Source of the DNA: an uncultured delta proteobacterium
GTDB lineage: Bacteria > Desulfobacterota > WTBG01 > CAIYCZ01 > CAIRTM01
NCBI GenBank assembly: GCA_963804955.1
Contig: CAWDSQ010000008.1
Location: forward strand, 113,757 to 177,756
Length of the DNA: 64,000 bases
Reading direction: 5' to 3'
Shown: positions 10,684 to 22,073 of the stretch, in pieces
How positions within the stretch are numbered: position 1 is the first letter of the stretch
Layout: every line of letters starts with the position of its first letter
Made by a program: the position numbers and the translations under genes
The notes under the pieces: model-generated
Seen by the model: the letters and a program-made list of their open reading frames with translations, nothing else
Database searches by the model: none
What the model was told of the DNA's origin: nothing

Positions 10684-12060
10684 TTAATCTTCATAGACTA
10701 TGCCGTACTCGGCAATCTTACTCAGCAGCGCGGGATAGCTCAGCTCGAGCAGCCTGGCTGCCTGGCTTTTATTGCCATGGGTGCGCTTGAGGGCCTTGCG
10801 GATGAACTGCTCCTCGATTATCCGGCTCATGACTTTTATTGAAAAAATGTCATCGGTGAAACGCTTGCCGCCCTGCTTCTGGAACTGGGCAACGGGCGCG
10901 GGGATGTCATCGGCGTCGATGCGGTCTTTTTCCGAGAGTATCATGGCGCGCTCGACCATATTTTCAAGCTCCCGGATATTGCCGGGCCACGGGTAGGCAA
11001 GCAGCAGCCGCATGGCCGCGGGCGTCGCACCCGTGCAGGCAAGGCCATGGCTTTTATTGTATTTTGCTATGAAATGATCGACCAGCAGATGGATGTCTTC
11101 CAGCCGTTCGCGCAGCGGCGGCAGATGAACAGGCAGCACATTCAGGCGGTAGTACAGGTCTTCGCGAAAAGAGCCTTTTTCAACCTCGACCAGCAGGTCC
11201 TTGGCCGTTGCCGCGATCACGCGCACGTCAACCGAAACAGCCCGCTCTTCGCCAACCCGCCTGACCTCGCCTTCCTGCAGCGCCCGAATAAGCTTCACCT
11301 GCAGGTTAATCGGTATATCGCCGATTTCATCCAGGAAAAGCGTGCCGCCGTCAGCCTCTTCAAAAAAGCCCTTGCGGTCCTGAATGGCGCCGGTAAACGA
11401 GCCCTTTTTGTGGCCGAACAGTTCGCTTTCCAGCAGGCTGTCTGGTATGGCGCCGCAGTTGATGCCCAGAAACATACGGTCTTTGCGGGGGCTGGTTTCG
11501 TGGATGGCCCGGGCCACAAGCTCCTTGCCCGTGCCCGATTCGCCCGTGATGAGAACCGAGCTTTTGAATGCCGCCACTTTTCCAATAAGCTCGCATATGC
11601 CCTGCATCTGCGGGCTTTTGCCAATGAGATTCTCAAACCCGTACAGCTGCTTGAGCTGGCCGCGCAGCTGCCGGTTTTCTTTTTTCAGCCGCTCCCGCTC
11701 TTCCGCCTTTTTCAGCACCAGAAGAATTTCAGCCGGCTTGAACGGCTTTGAAATAAAGTCGTAGGCTCCGAGCTGCATGGTCTCGATGGCAAGATCCATG
11801 GTTCCATAGGCCGACATGGTGATAATGGTGGCGGTGCTGGTGCGGCCGGCGGCCTGCTTCAAAAATTCAATGCCGTCCATGCGCGGCATGCGCAGGTCGC
11901 AGAGAATGATGTCGAAGTCCTGCTGTTCAAGAAAGGCAAGGGCCTCCTGGCCGTCTGCGGCAAGGCAGACTTCAAAGCCTTCCTTTTCAAGCATCGACCG
12001 GAGCAGATGCCGCAAATTTTCTTCGTCATCAATGACGAGCAGTCGTTTTTGCTGTGTCAT
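10684..12060 (-). CDS. sigma-54-dependent response regulator (NtrC/PilR-like)
   Basis: REC, AAA+ [21 protein letters not shown], Fis-type HTH. Confidence 0.93.
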   Translation of the reverse strand: MTQQKRLLVIDDEENLRHLLRSMLEKEGFEVCLAADGQEALAFLEQQDFDIILCDLRMPRMDGIEFLKQAAGRTSTATIITMSAYGTMDLAIETMQLGAYDFISKPFKPAEILLVLKKAEERERLKKENRQLRGQLKQLYGFENLIGKSPQMQGICELIGKVAAFKSSVLITGESGTGKELVARAIHETSPRKDRMFLGINCGAIPDSLLESELFGHKKGSFTGAIQDRKGFFEEADGGTLFLDEIGDIPINLQVKLIRALQEGEVRRVGEERAVSVDVRVIAATAKDLLVEVEKGSFREDLYYRLNVLPVHLPPLRERLEDIHLLVDHFIAKYNKSHGLACTGATPAAMRLLLAYPWPGNIRELENMVERAMILSEKDRIDADDIPAPVAQFQKQGGKRFTDDIFSIKVMSRIIEEQFIRKALKRTHGNKSQAARLLELSYPALLSKIAEYGIVYED

Positions 12061-12099
12061 TATCTCCCCGTTCTTAAAAGCGTCAAGGGTTGACGCGGG

Positions 12100-13606
12100 C
12101 TACTGCGGCGCCGCGGCAGGAAAGTGTATTGTAAAGGTTGTGCCCTGGCCGGGCTGGCTTGCAAAGGCAATGGAGCCTTCCATCACCTCGACAATGCGGT
12201 GCACATTTGCAAGCCCGAGCCCTGTGCCTTTAGCTCTGGTTGTGAAAAAGGGATCAAAAATTTTTCCCTGATGCTCGGGCGCAATGCCGTGGCCCGTATC
12301 TGCCACCGCAAGACAAATGCTGTTCCGGCCGGCGTCAGGCGTCGTTGTTATCGTCAGAGTGCCGCCGGAGCCTGCCATGGCATCGCAGGCATTGAGCGCC
12401 AGATTTAAAAGCAGTTGCCGCAGCAGCCGGTCATTGCCCCGAACGGCAGGCAGCTCGCCTGCCGGATTCTGCAGGATCCGGATATTTTTGAATTCATTGT
12501 GGCAGGCAATCATGGCGCAGGTGTCATGAACGATATCATTAAGCTGCAGCTCGGTGATTTCCTGGGATGAAGGCTGGGCGAAATCCAGCAAATCGCCGAT
12601 AGTGTTTTTCATCCGCTCGGTTTCATGCTCCATACGATTAAGGTAATCGGCGCGTTCAACATCGGTAACATCGGGAGAGCGCAAAAGGTGGATATACCCG
12701 AGTATGATGCCCGAGCGGATTTCCCACCTCATGGGCGATGCCCGCAGCCAGGCGGCCAACGGAGGCAAGCTTTTCCGTCTGGATTATTTCCCGCTGGGCC
12801 TGGTGCAGCTGAACGTTTTTCTCCTCAAGGGCCTGCATCTGTCCCCGCAGCCGCCCGCGCTCTGTTTTGAGATTATCAGCAAGGGATTTCAGGGCTGAGG
12901 AAAGCTTCTGCAGTTCATTGCCGCCGGACAGGAATAAAGGCAGACCGCTTACGTTTTCCCGGGCAATATTTTCGGTCTGCCCGATGAGGCGCTGCATGGG
13001 GCTCACCAGGTAACGGCTGAACAGCAGAAACCCGACGATGAGCAGAATAACGGCGCTGGTGATGATATAGAGAAAAATAATGGCATATGCTTTTTTCATG
13101 CTGCGATGAATATCCTGCAGCGGCAGCAGGGCCTTCAGTACCCCGACGGGCTTTCCGGCAATGCGCAGGGGAGCGGCTGCAATAAGGCGGGGCCCGCTTG
13201 CAGCAAAGCGGTTTTCAATGCGTGTGGAGAGAGCTCCGGTTTCCAGCGCCCGGACGATATCGCCGTCAAACAGCAGGCGGCCGACCCGGCCCTGCGATGC
13301 CGCCAGCACCCTGTTGTCCCTGTCAACCAGAACAAGCTCAAGGCAGGTTCCGGAATCTATATAACGCCTGAACAGGGCCTGCAGCTCAGACCCTTCGAAA
13401 GGCGATTCCAGAAGCCCTGAATCCTTTTCAAGCATATGGGCCGCACCTGTCTCAACTGCGGCAAAAATAGCTCCGCCTGAAAGCGCGCCCTCTCTGAGCA
13501 GCTCTTTCTCCATGACGCGGTACACCACAAAACTTATAAGTGCTGCTGCAAGCACCATAAGCAGTGAGAGATTCCAGAAAACGGTTGTGCGCAGGCTAAC
13601 GTACAT
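12100..13606 (-). CDS. membrane HAMP sensor histidine kinase (frameshift ~12715)
   Basis: two TM segments, H-box AAGIAHEVGNP, then HATPase LNACDAM, DTGHGI, FDPFFTT..GTGLGL in the next frame. Confidence 0.88.
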
Positions 13607-13612
13607 GATTAT

Positions 13613-13821
13613 GATTTCGGAGTTTGGATTTTGGATTTTTCAAAATAGTGCCTGCTGCACAGTTTATTTTTTTGCGCATACCTGTTTCTCCCTGCGGTTT
13701 AAACGGCTGCGTGCCGAGCCAGCTGAAGGCCGGTATAAAAACCGTATGTCACCGGCATTATTTCAAAAGGCGCTGTCCGTATCGGTATCTGTTCCGCAAT
13801 CGGCAATCCAAAACCCGCAAT
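13613..13821. repeat. inverted heptamer tandem repeats (GATTT[C/T]G / C[C/G]CAAT type) flanking ~150 bp
   Basis: gatttcggagtttggattttggattt at 13613 and ttccgcaatcggcaatccaaaacccgcaat at 13792. Confidence 0.55.
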
Positions 13822-13825
13822 ACTA

Positions 13826-14602
13826 TTACCCTTTTCCAAGCGTCAGGTACCAGTGCAGCAGTTCCGCGCCGTACAGCAGCGAGCAGAGCGCGCCCAGAGA
13901 CAAAAACGGCCCGAAGGGAACGGCGTATTTCATGTCTTTGCCCTTGAGCATCATGACCGTAACGCCGATGATGCTTCCGGCAAAAGCTCCCACAACCAGC
14001 GCGACGAGCGCTCCTTTCCAGCCTAAAAATGCGCCGATCATGGCAAGCAGCTTGATGTCTCCACCGCCCATACCCTCTTTTTTTCTGAGATAATAATACC
14101 CTGCCGCCACGCCGTACAGCACGCCGCCGCCTACGAGAATACCGATGGCGGACTCAAGCGGCGTTGTCCAGGGTACGACAAAGGAGCACAAAAAACACAG
14201 GGGTATGCCCGGCAGGCTTATCACATCAGGAATAATCTGCAGCTGCAGATCAATAAAGGTGACGACGATAAGCGCGGCACAAAAAATGAAGCTTAAAGCC
14301 AGAGGCAGCGAGAGGCCATACCAGAAGTAGAGGCCGGGAAGCACCGCTGCTGTGAGCAGCTCAACAACAAAATACCTGAAGGGGATGGGCTGTTTGCAGT
14401 GGCGGCACCGGCCCCCCAGTATGATATAGCTGAGAAGCGGGATATTGTCATAAAATGCGATAGGCTGTTTGCATTTCGGGCAATGCGAGGGCGGCATGAC
14501 GATGGAGAGCTTTTCGGGTATGCGCACGATGCATACATTGAGAAAGCTTCCCACAATTCCCCCGAACACGAAGAGCAGGATCAGAATTAAAATTTCCGTC
14601 AT
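13826..14602 (-). CDS. pilD: prepilin peptidase / N-methyltransferase
   Basis: GSFLNVCI.R, SHCPKC..DNIP..GRCRHC, FID, MGGGDIKL, PFGPFL. Confidence 0.95.
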   Translation of the reverse strand: MTEILILILLFVFGGIVGSFLNVCIVRIPEKLSIVMPPSHCPKCKQPIAFYDNIPLLSYIILGGRCRHCKQPIPFRYFVVELLTAAVLPGLYFWYGLSLPLALSFIFCAALIVVTFIDLQLQIIPDVISLPGIPLCFLCSFVVPWTTPLESAIGILVGGGVLYGVAAGYYYLRKKEGMGGGDIKLLAMIGAFLGWKGALVALVVGAFAGSIIGVTVMMLKGKDMKYAVPFGPFLSLGALCSLLYGAELLHWYLTLGKG

Positions 14603-14731
14603 ACAAACAGCCCCTGTTCTGAAAAGGATGAATAGTGCACAGCGTCTTCTGGCAAACGGCGATGCTTTTTTATACTCTTTTCGGGGATTTTTGGAAATTA
14701 AATTAAATGCGCGCGGGAAAAGGGGGGAAAT

Positions 14732-14825
14732 TGGCGGAGAGAGAGGGATTCGAACCCTCGATACGCTTTAAAGGCGTATACTCGCTTAGCAGGCGAGCGC
14801 CTTCGACCTACTCGGCCATCTCTCC
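14732..14825 (-). tRNA. tRNA-Ser(GCT)
   Basis: GGAGAGATGGCCGAGTAGG..CTCGC-CTGCTAA-GCGAG, long variable arm, GGTTCGAATCC, encoded CCA. Confidence 0.96.
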
Positions 14826-14892
14826 GCGATACGTTCTGAAAGCCCCTCAGCAGCGGTATGCTGGAAACGGAGCTTTCCCGGTGATTGCAATG

Positions 14893-14978
14893 TGGCGGAG
14901 GGAGTAGGATTCGAACCCACGGACGTTTCCGTCAACGGTTTTCAAGACCGCCGCCTTCAACCACTCGGCCATCCCTCC
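14893..14978 (-). tRNA. tRNA-Ser(TGA)
   Basis: GGAGGGATGGCCGAGTGG..GCGGT-CTTGAAA-ACCGT, variable arm, GGTTCGAATCC, encoded CCA. Confidence 0.96.
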
Positions 14979-15066
14979 GAGGGGAAAAACACTACCATTA
15001 TCGGGCTGTGCAAGTCAAGTGCCGTTTTTTGGCGGACGCCGCGGCAAGAGCTGTTTTTACGCAGGG

Positions 15067-16345
<1,279 letters not shown>

Positions 16346-16393
16346 GGTGTACACCATCCTTGATTATATTTTGCCTGCCGGCTTGGGGTGCCT

Positions 16394-16522
16394 TCACATT
16401 TTATTTTGCAGTCTGCCCCTACCTCAGTGCGTCGCCCTGTCTCGAAGAGGCAGTTATTTGTCCGTACGTCGGGTGAGGCTTGAAGCGCAACGAGCTTGTT
16501 GAATTCATAATGTAAAATGTGA
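16394..16522. repeat. small element bounded by a perfect 10-bp inverted repeat (MITE-like)
   Basis: tcacatttta (16394) and taaaatgtga (16513) enclose hairpin-rich intergenic DNA. Confidence 0.35.
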
Positions 16523-16532
16523 TAGCCTGCTG

Positions 16533-17042
16533 CTAGGCGCTTTTCAGCCACTTCTGAAATTTTTTATACCCCGCGTCCTTCCACTGCTCGCCGTGCACGT
16601 CCATAAGAAACTCGGTGTACAGCCCGTCCAGCAGTGTATTGAGCGACTCTATGCACATGATGCGGCCGAAGAACTGTTCGTCCTTGTCAGCAGCTTTGGG
16701 CATGTCGATCTTAAGGCCCGCAAGTTCCATGCGGTCGCCCCGCAGGGTGAATGTCCAGGTGTTTTCCCCCTTCTCGATGCGCAGCCTCGCCTCGCGAGCC
16801 TTCTTGCCCGCCCGCACCGCAAGCTTGATGTCCTGATTGGTGAAGTCATCGCCCGTATAGGAGACGCTGTTGGGAGGGGCGGCCCGGTCGTCTTCCATGA
16901 CGATCTTGCCGTCGATCCAGAGAAAAAAGATGTCGCCCGAGGCCATCTCAATCTTGCCCGCGCTCTGGTCGGTTTTGTAGCAGAGCCAGGTGAGAAAATC
17001 ACGGCCGAAGGTGTTCTGTTTGCGGATGGCCTCGTCATTCAT
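16533..17042 (-). CDS. hypothetical protein, RdgC-associated
   Basis: FGRDFLTWL..AVRAGKKAREARLRI; overlaps the upstream RdgC-like gene. Confidence 0.6.
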   Translation of the reverse strand: MNDEAIRKQNTFGRDFLTWLCYKTDQSAGKIEMASGDIFFLWIDGKIVMEDDRAAPPNSVSYTGDDFTNQDIKLAVRAGKKAREARLRIEKGENTWTFTLRGDRMELAGLKIDMPKAADKDEQFFGRIMCIESLNTLLDGLYTEFLMDVHGEQWKDAGYKKFQKWLKSA

Positions 17043-17646
17043 TGGTAAAGCTCACTGTAGGGAAACGGATTTCAATGCCGGGATGCTTCTCTGCGGCAGC
17101 GCCGGCCAGATCATAGGGCAGCAGCCGGCCAAGCTTGAGGCCGAAGGCGCGAAAGAACCAGCCCATGAATTCCTCGTTGGCCGCAGCGCTGTTTGCAAAG
17201 AAGAGTATCTCGTTTGTCGCCGTATTCCAGCACACGTCAAAAAGCGTTGGCGCCGGCAGCGACCTTTTCACCAGTTCCTGCCGCACCTGCTCCTTAAGCA
17301 GATCCTTGTCTTTTTTCCGGAGCACCTCAAGGCCGGAATTTTTTTTATATTTGATCTCTTCCCGCAGCATGGCCGCCTTCATGGCAAGGCCCGGCACGCG
17401 GCGCACGTCGATACGCAGCGAAAAAACGATATAGGGCCCTTTGGAAAAATGCAGGTCGTCGAAAAACGTGGAGGCCATGTTTTCGGCAGACACCCACCCG
17501 GCTGATTTTTCGTTCAGGGTGCCTGTCTCGATCTCGCGGAAGGAAAACTCCTTGAGCTTCTCAAGAGCAAATTCCTTCACCCGCTCGGGCGGATCATCGA
17601 TCAGGCGGTAGCGCACATAGCTTGCAGAGCCGGTATAGAGGCCCAT
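17035..17646 (-). CDS. recombination-associated protein RdgC-like
   Basis: MGLYTGS.S..RY, S.GWV, FSLRIDVRRVP, DVCWN; upstream ggag RBS. Confidence 0.65.
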   Translation of the reverse strand: MGLYTGSASYVRYRLIDDPPERVKEFALEKLKEFSFREIETGTLNEKSAGWVSAENMASTFFDDLHFSKGPYIVFSLRIDVRRVPGLAMKAAMLREEIKYKKNSGLEVLRKKDKDLLKEQVRQELVKRSLPAPTLFDVCWNTATNEILFFANSAAANEEFMGWFFRAFGLKLGRLLPYDLAGAAAEKHPGIEIRFPTVSFTNE

Positions 17647-17856
17647 AGATATCTCCAAAATGGTCATTTCAAAATAGCTTATATTTATACCTTCACGGCA
17701 GGCAAATGGCAAGGACAAAGCTAGTGGCGACCTACCCTCCAACAATACGTCTACCATTTGAAAATCTTGCCCTTTTCTTCCTTCGCATGATATAAGTTTG
17801 GTACAATTCTTCCGAAGTTCAAATAATTAAACATAACCTAATTGGATATCAAATAA

Positions 17857-19836
17857 ATGGCTCTCTCCCTCAACAAACCCAAACTTGATAATCTTGCCGG
17901 TGAGATATGGAAATCCGCGGAGCGGCTGCGCGGAAAATTCAAGGCTTATGAATATCAGACTGTCGTTTTGCCCATCATCGTCATCCGGCGGCTTGAATGT
18001 GTTCTGCTGAAATGGCGTGAGGATAAAAAGGCCGAGATTCGGTCAAAACAGCCAAAGCTTTCCGATAAGGATCTTGATGCTCTGGTCAAGAAGCTGGAAC
18101 AAAACCCGCAGCAGGCGCCTTTCTCAAATAAAACCGACTGGACCCTGCGGAAAGTCTACGAAGAAGACCACGCACTTCTTGAAGAAAATTCCGTGCCTAC
18201 CTCAACGGCTTTTCAAAAAACGTTGACGATATTATCGAGCATTTCAATTACCGTGGCACCATCGGCCAAATGGTAAAGAACAATCGGCTTGCGCCCATTC
18301 TTAATCAATACAAGGAACTTGACGTGGGCCCCGATCAGCTTTAACCGCTTGAAATGGGATATGTTTACGAAGAACTTCTTAAACGTTTTTCCGAGCAGAG
18401 CGGCGAAGAGGCTGGTGATCATTTCACGCCGCGTGAAATTATCCGCTTGATGGTCGAATTACTTGAAATACCCATACCCGATAAAAATATTTCAATCTAT
18501 GATCCCGCGGCCGGAAACGGCGGCATGTTGTCGGTTGCAAAAGGAACACCTGCTTGATCGAGCAAAAAATGAAGCGGAAAAAGAGCGGGTTGCAAAGCTT
18601 CTTACGATTTATGGCCATGAGTTTTCTCCCACCAACTATGCAATTTGCATGGCTGACCTGCTTATCAAGAACGATCAGCAGGCAAAAGTATATTGCGGCA
18701 ATTCGCTTATCCCGCACGATAAAAACAGCCGGGAGCCGGGCGACCAGTTGCCGGAAACAACATACCATTTTGATTTCATGCTCAGTAATCCGCCCTTTGG
18801 CGTGACCTGGGGAGGTAAAGACGGCTATGAGACCGAAGCACGAAAGCTTAAAAAGACCCGCTATCAGGCAGGCATGCCGCGCACCAATGACGGTGCATTG
18901 CTTTTTTTGCAGACCATGCTCGCCAAAATGCAGCCACCGGAAAAAGGCGGTAGCCGCATTGCTATCGTTTTTAACGGCTCACCGCTTTCTAATGGCGACT
19001 GCGGCTCCGGTGAAAGCGAAATTCGGCGCTGGATTCTGGAGAACGACTGGCTCGACGCCATCGTGATGCTGCCTGATCAGCTTTTCTACAATACCGGCAT
19101 ATTTACCTATATCTGGCTTCTGCGCAACGAGAAGCCCGCAAGTCATAAGGGCCGGGTGATGCTCATAGATGCGCGAAAACAGTTTGAAAAAGAGCCGAAA
19201 GCGTTCGCCAGCAAACGCAACCGCATGACCGACGTGCACCGCGACTGGATTGAAGAGCGCCACCGCAAAGGCTGTGCCAAGTATTATCAGGATGAAAATG
19301 TAAAACTTTTTCAAACAAAAGATTTTGCCTTCCACAAGGTGGCTGTTGTTTTCTGGCAGACCGATGAGAATGACCAGCCCGCTATTGTCACCGAGCCCTA
19401 TGAAAAAGCTTTCACAGCGGCGAATGTAAAAAAGGAACAGGAGTTCTACGACAGCGATTTAACCTTCCGTATCCGGCTGAAGAGCGGAAAAAGTGAGAAA
19501 GCAGTAACTCTGGCTCTTTCCCCGAAGGATAATGCGGCTAAAAAGTTGAAGACAGTGATGGATGACAAGCCGGAGATCATCTCGGTTGAATGGACCCACC
19601 GCCACTATGTGAAAGATGATGAATACATCCCCTACGGCGAAGACATCGAAACATTTCTGAAACGTGAGATAGGCAAGCCCATCATCCGCTGGGAAGACAG
19701 CCCCCAACTGGGCTATGAAATTTTGCCAAATAAATATTTTTATCGTTATCAGCCCCCAACGCCGGCAAAAGAATTGTTGGCGGAGTTCTGGAAATTGGAA
19801 AAAGAGGCGGAGAAGATGCTGGAGGGGTTAAATTGA
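17857..19836 (+). CDS. hsdM: type I R-M methyltransferase subunit (several frameshifts 18190-18545)
   Basis: IWKSAERLRG, GDHFTPREI, motif I YDPAAGNGGML, motif IV NPPF, LFYNTGI. Confidence 0.92.
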
Positions 19837-19837
19837 G

Positions 19838-21133
19838 ATGTCAATAACTTGTCAGACTTCTAATGCGCCCTGGCTTTACACAATACCGCGCGATTGGCAG
19901 ACTGATCGGCTGAAGGACATTATTCCGCGCATACTCGGCGGTGGGACACCACCAAGTTCGGACCCTGATTGCTGGGAAGACGGAGATATTGTGTGGGTGA
20001 CACCAACTGACTTCTCCCGCTCCGAAAACAGTTCAGAGATTTCTGATTCCGAACGAAAGATTACGCGCACTGGGTTGAACTCCTCTGCAGCTATTCTGTT
20101 GCCGCAGGGCACCGTAATTATGGCTAGTCGCGCAACAATAGGCACCGTGCGCCTTGCTGGCACCGTGCTGACGACAAACCAAGGGTTCATCTCGTTCATT
20201 TGTGATGCAAAAAAACTCCACCGGCGTTTTCTTTACTACGTGATTTCCGGTTTTCTTGGGGGGTATTTTGCCGAGATAGCGCCAGGAACTACCTTTCGAG
20301 AGATAAGCCGGGGCAAAGCCAAACTAGAGCCGATAGGCTTTCCGCCCTTCCCCGAGCAACACCGCGTTGCGGCATATCTGGATGCGAGTTGTGCGGCGAT
20401 TGATGTGGCGGTGGCCGCCAAACGCCGCCAGCTTGAACTTCTCGACGAACATCGTAAGTCCATCATCCATTCTTTATTTGCAAATCTGAGCGGTACAGCT
20501 AACGAGCGAGTTAAAGACATAGCGGCAAAAATTACGAGCGGGGTAACTCCGGATGGTGGTGCTTCCGGCTATCTCGATAGCGGTATACCATTACTGCGCA
20601 GCCAAAACGTCCATTTTGACGGTCTTCGCCTTGATGATGTGGCCTTTATTTCAGCTGAAACTCATGCCGAAATGAGTGGAAGCCAATTAAAACCAAGGGA
20701 TGTGCTACTCAACATCACCGGAGCCTCGATTGGCCGTTGTTCTTTCGTTCCAGATGGGTTTGGTGAAGGCAATGTCAACCAACATGTTTGTATAATTCGT
20801 CCCGGCCCATGCATTGATTATAGATTCCTCACCGCGTTCCTTTCATCACCAATGGGGCAAGATCAGATTCATTCGACATTTACCGGTGCGTCTCGCCAAG
20901 GGTTGAGCCACAAGGATCTCGGTCTAATCCGTATTCCATTTCCGAAGTTACAAGTGCAGCAGGTAGTCGTTACTAAAATTGAGAACCATGATGGTCAGTA
21001 CGATCAACTTCGTCGTTGTATTATCTCCCAAATCACCACTCTTACCGCCTACCGCAAGTCGCTCATTCACGAATGCGTGACCGGGCAGCGGCGGGTGACG
21101 GAAACGGATGTGGCGCGGGTGCTCCGGAATTGA
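19838..21133 (+). CDS. hsdS: type I R-M specificity subunit
   Basis: two TRDs (GGTP..SRATIG..TNQGF; SGVTP..GASIG..NQHV), PPFPEQ, YRKSLIHECVTG. Confidence 0.92.
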   Translation: MSITCQTSNAPWLYTIPRDWQTDRLKDIIPRILGGGTPPSSDPDCWEDGDIVWVTPTDFSRSENSSEISDSERKITRTGLNSSAAILLPQGTVIMASRATIGTVRLAGTVLTTNQGFISFICDAKKLHRRFLYYVISGFLGGYFAEIAPGTTFREISRGKAKLEPIGFPPFPEQHRVAAYLDASCAAIDVAVAAKRRQLELLDEHRKSIIHSLFANLSGTANERVKDIAAKITSGVTPDGGASGYLDSGIPLLRSQNVHFDGLRLDDVAFISAETHAEMSGSQLKPRDVLLNITGASIGRCSFVPDGFGEGNVNQHVCIIRPGPCIDYRFLTAFLSSPMGQDQIHSTFTGASRQGLSHKDLGLIRIPFPKLQVQQVVVTKIENHDGQYDQLRRCIISQITTLTAYRKSLIHECVTGQRRVTETDVARVLRN

Positions 21134-21244
21134 GGCGGGAAAAGCTTATTGAAAAGATTGTGCAGACACTGATTGCACTATTCGGTAGTGGGTAACTACC
21201 CACTATACCTTTCCGGGAGGCTTCCAATTTTTGGAATGACAGCA

Positions 21245-21320
21245 CAAAAAGAAATGCCCCTCCGAATCTCGGAAAGGGCATCAGGCTGGAGATGCTATCT
21301 CCAGGGCTGTTATCTACTTA
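21245..21320 (-). ncRNA. candidate ~75-nt small RNA divergent from the NYN gene
   Basis: minus-strand TTGACA at 21346-21351; two hairpins (CTGGAGAT/ATCTCCAG and ATGCCC..GGGCAT), the second followed by a U-rich tail. Confidence 0.4.
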
Positions 21321-21394
21321 ATGTATATAGCTCGGGTAAAAAAATTGTCAATAAAATAATAGCAAACTAAGTAATTATAGGCTAAAGAATCGCA

Positions 21395-22003
21395 ATGGAG
21401 CGAGTAATTTCATATATAGACGGATTCAATCTGTATTTCGGCTTAAAGTCAGCCAGACTTAACCGCTACCTCTGGCTTGATCTCCATAACCTCTCGATTA
21501 ATCTTCTTAAAAAACCACAGCAGTTGGTAAAAGTGAAGTACTTTACTGCCAGAATAACCGGCCCGCCGATAAACAGAAACGCCAGTCCACATATATTGAA
21601 GCGCTTGAAGGGCTTTCAAACCTGGAAATATATTACGGAAAATATCAGCTAAATCCTCAAACAGCCGTAACTGTAATTTTCAGAGCATGGTGCCAAGTGA
21701 GAAAATGACAGATGTTAACATTGCCGTACAAATTCTGATCGATGCTTATCAGAATAATTACGACACTGCGCTTTGATCTCCGCTGACAGTGATCTTATCG
21801 GCCCCATTACTGCTGTTAGAAAATTATTCCCCATGAAGCGAATTGTTATTGCATTTCCACCCGACCGGTTCTCTCGGGAACTTGCCAATAATGCAAGCGG
21901 CTATTTTGTCATAGGGCATAAAAAGTTTGCACAAAGTCAGTTTCCGGAGACTGTGACAAAACCTGACGGGTTTGTACTGCGCCGTCCTGAAAGCTGGAAA
22001 TAA
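21395..22003 (+). CDS. NYN (LabA/DUF88, PIN-like) domain nuclease (frameshifted)
   Basis: YIDGFNLY, YFTA, EKMTDVNIA, ISADSDL acidic motifs spread across frames. Confidence 0.85.
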
Positions 22004-22073
22004 TAATAAAAAGTCCTTTAACTTTATTGATGCCACATTGATATCTGAAAGCTAGGATGCGTAGAGACTGATT

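Noticed and set aside
14732..14978. tRNA-Ser genes as island attachment sites
   Set aside because: No duplicated tRNA 3' end seen at the borders of either island.
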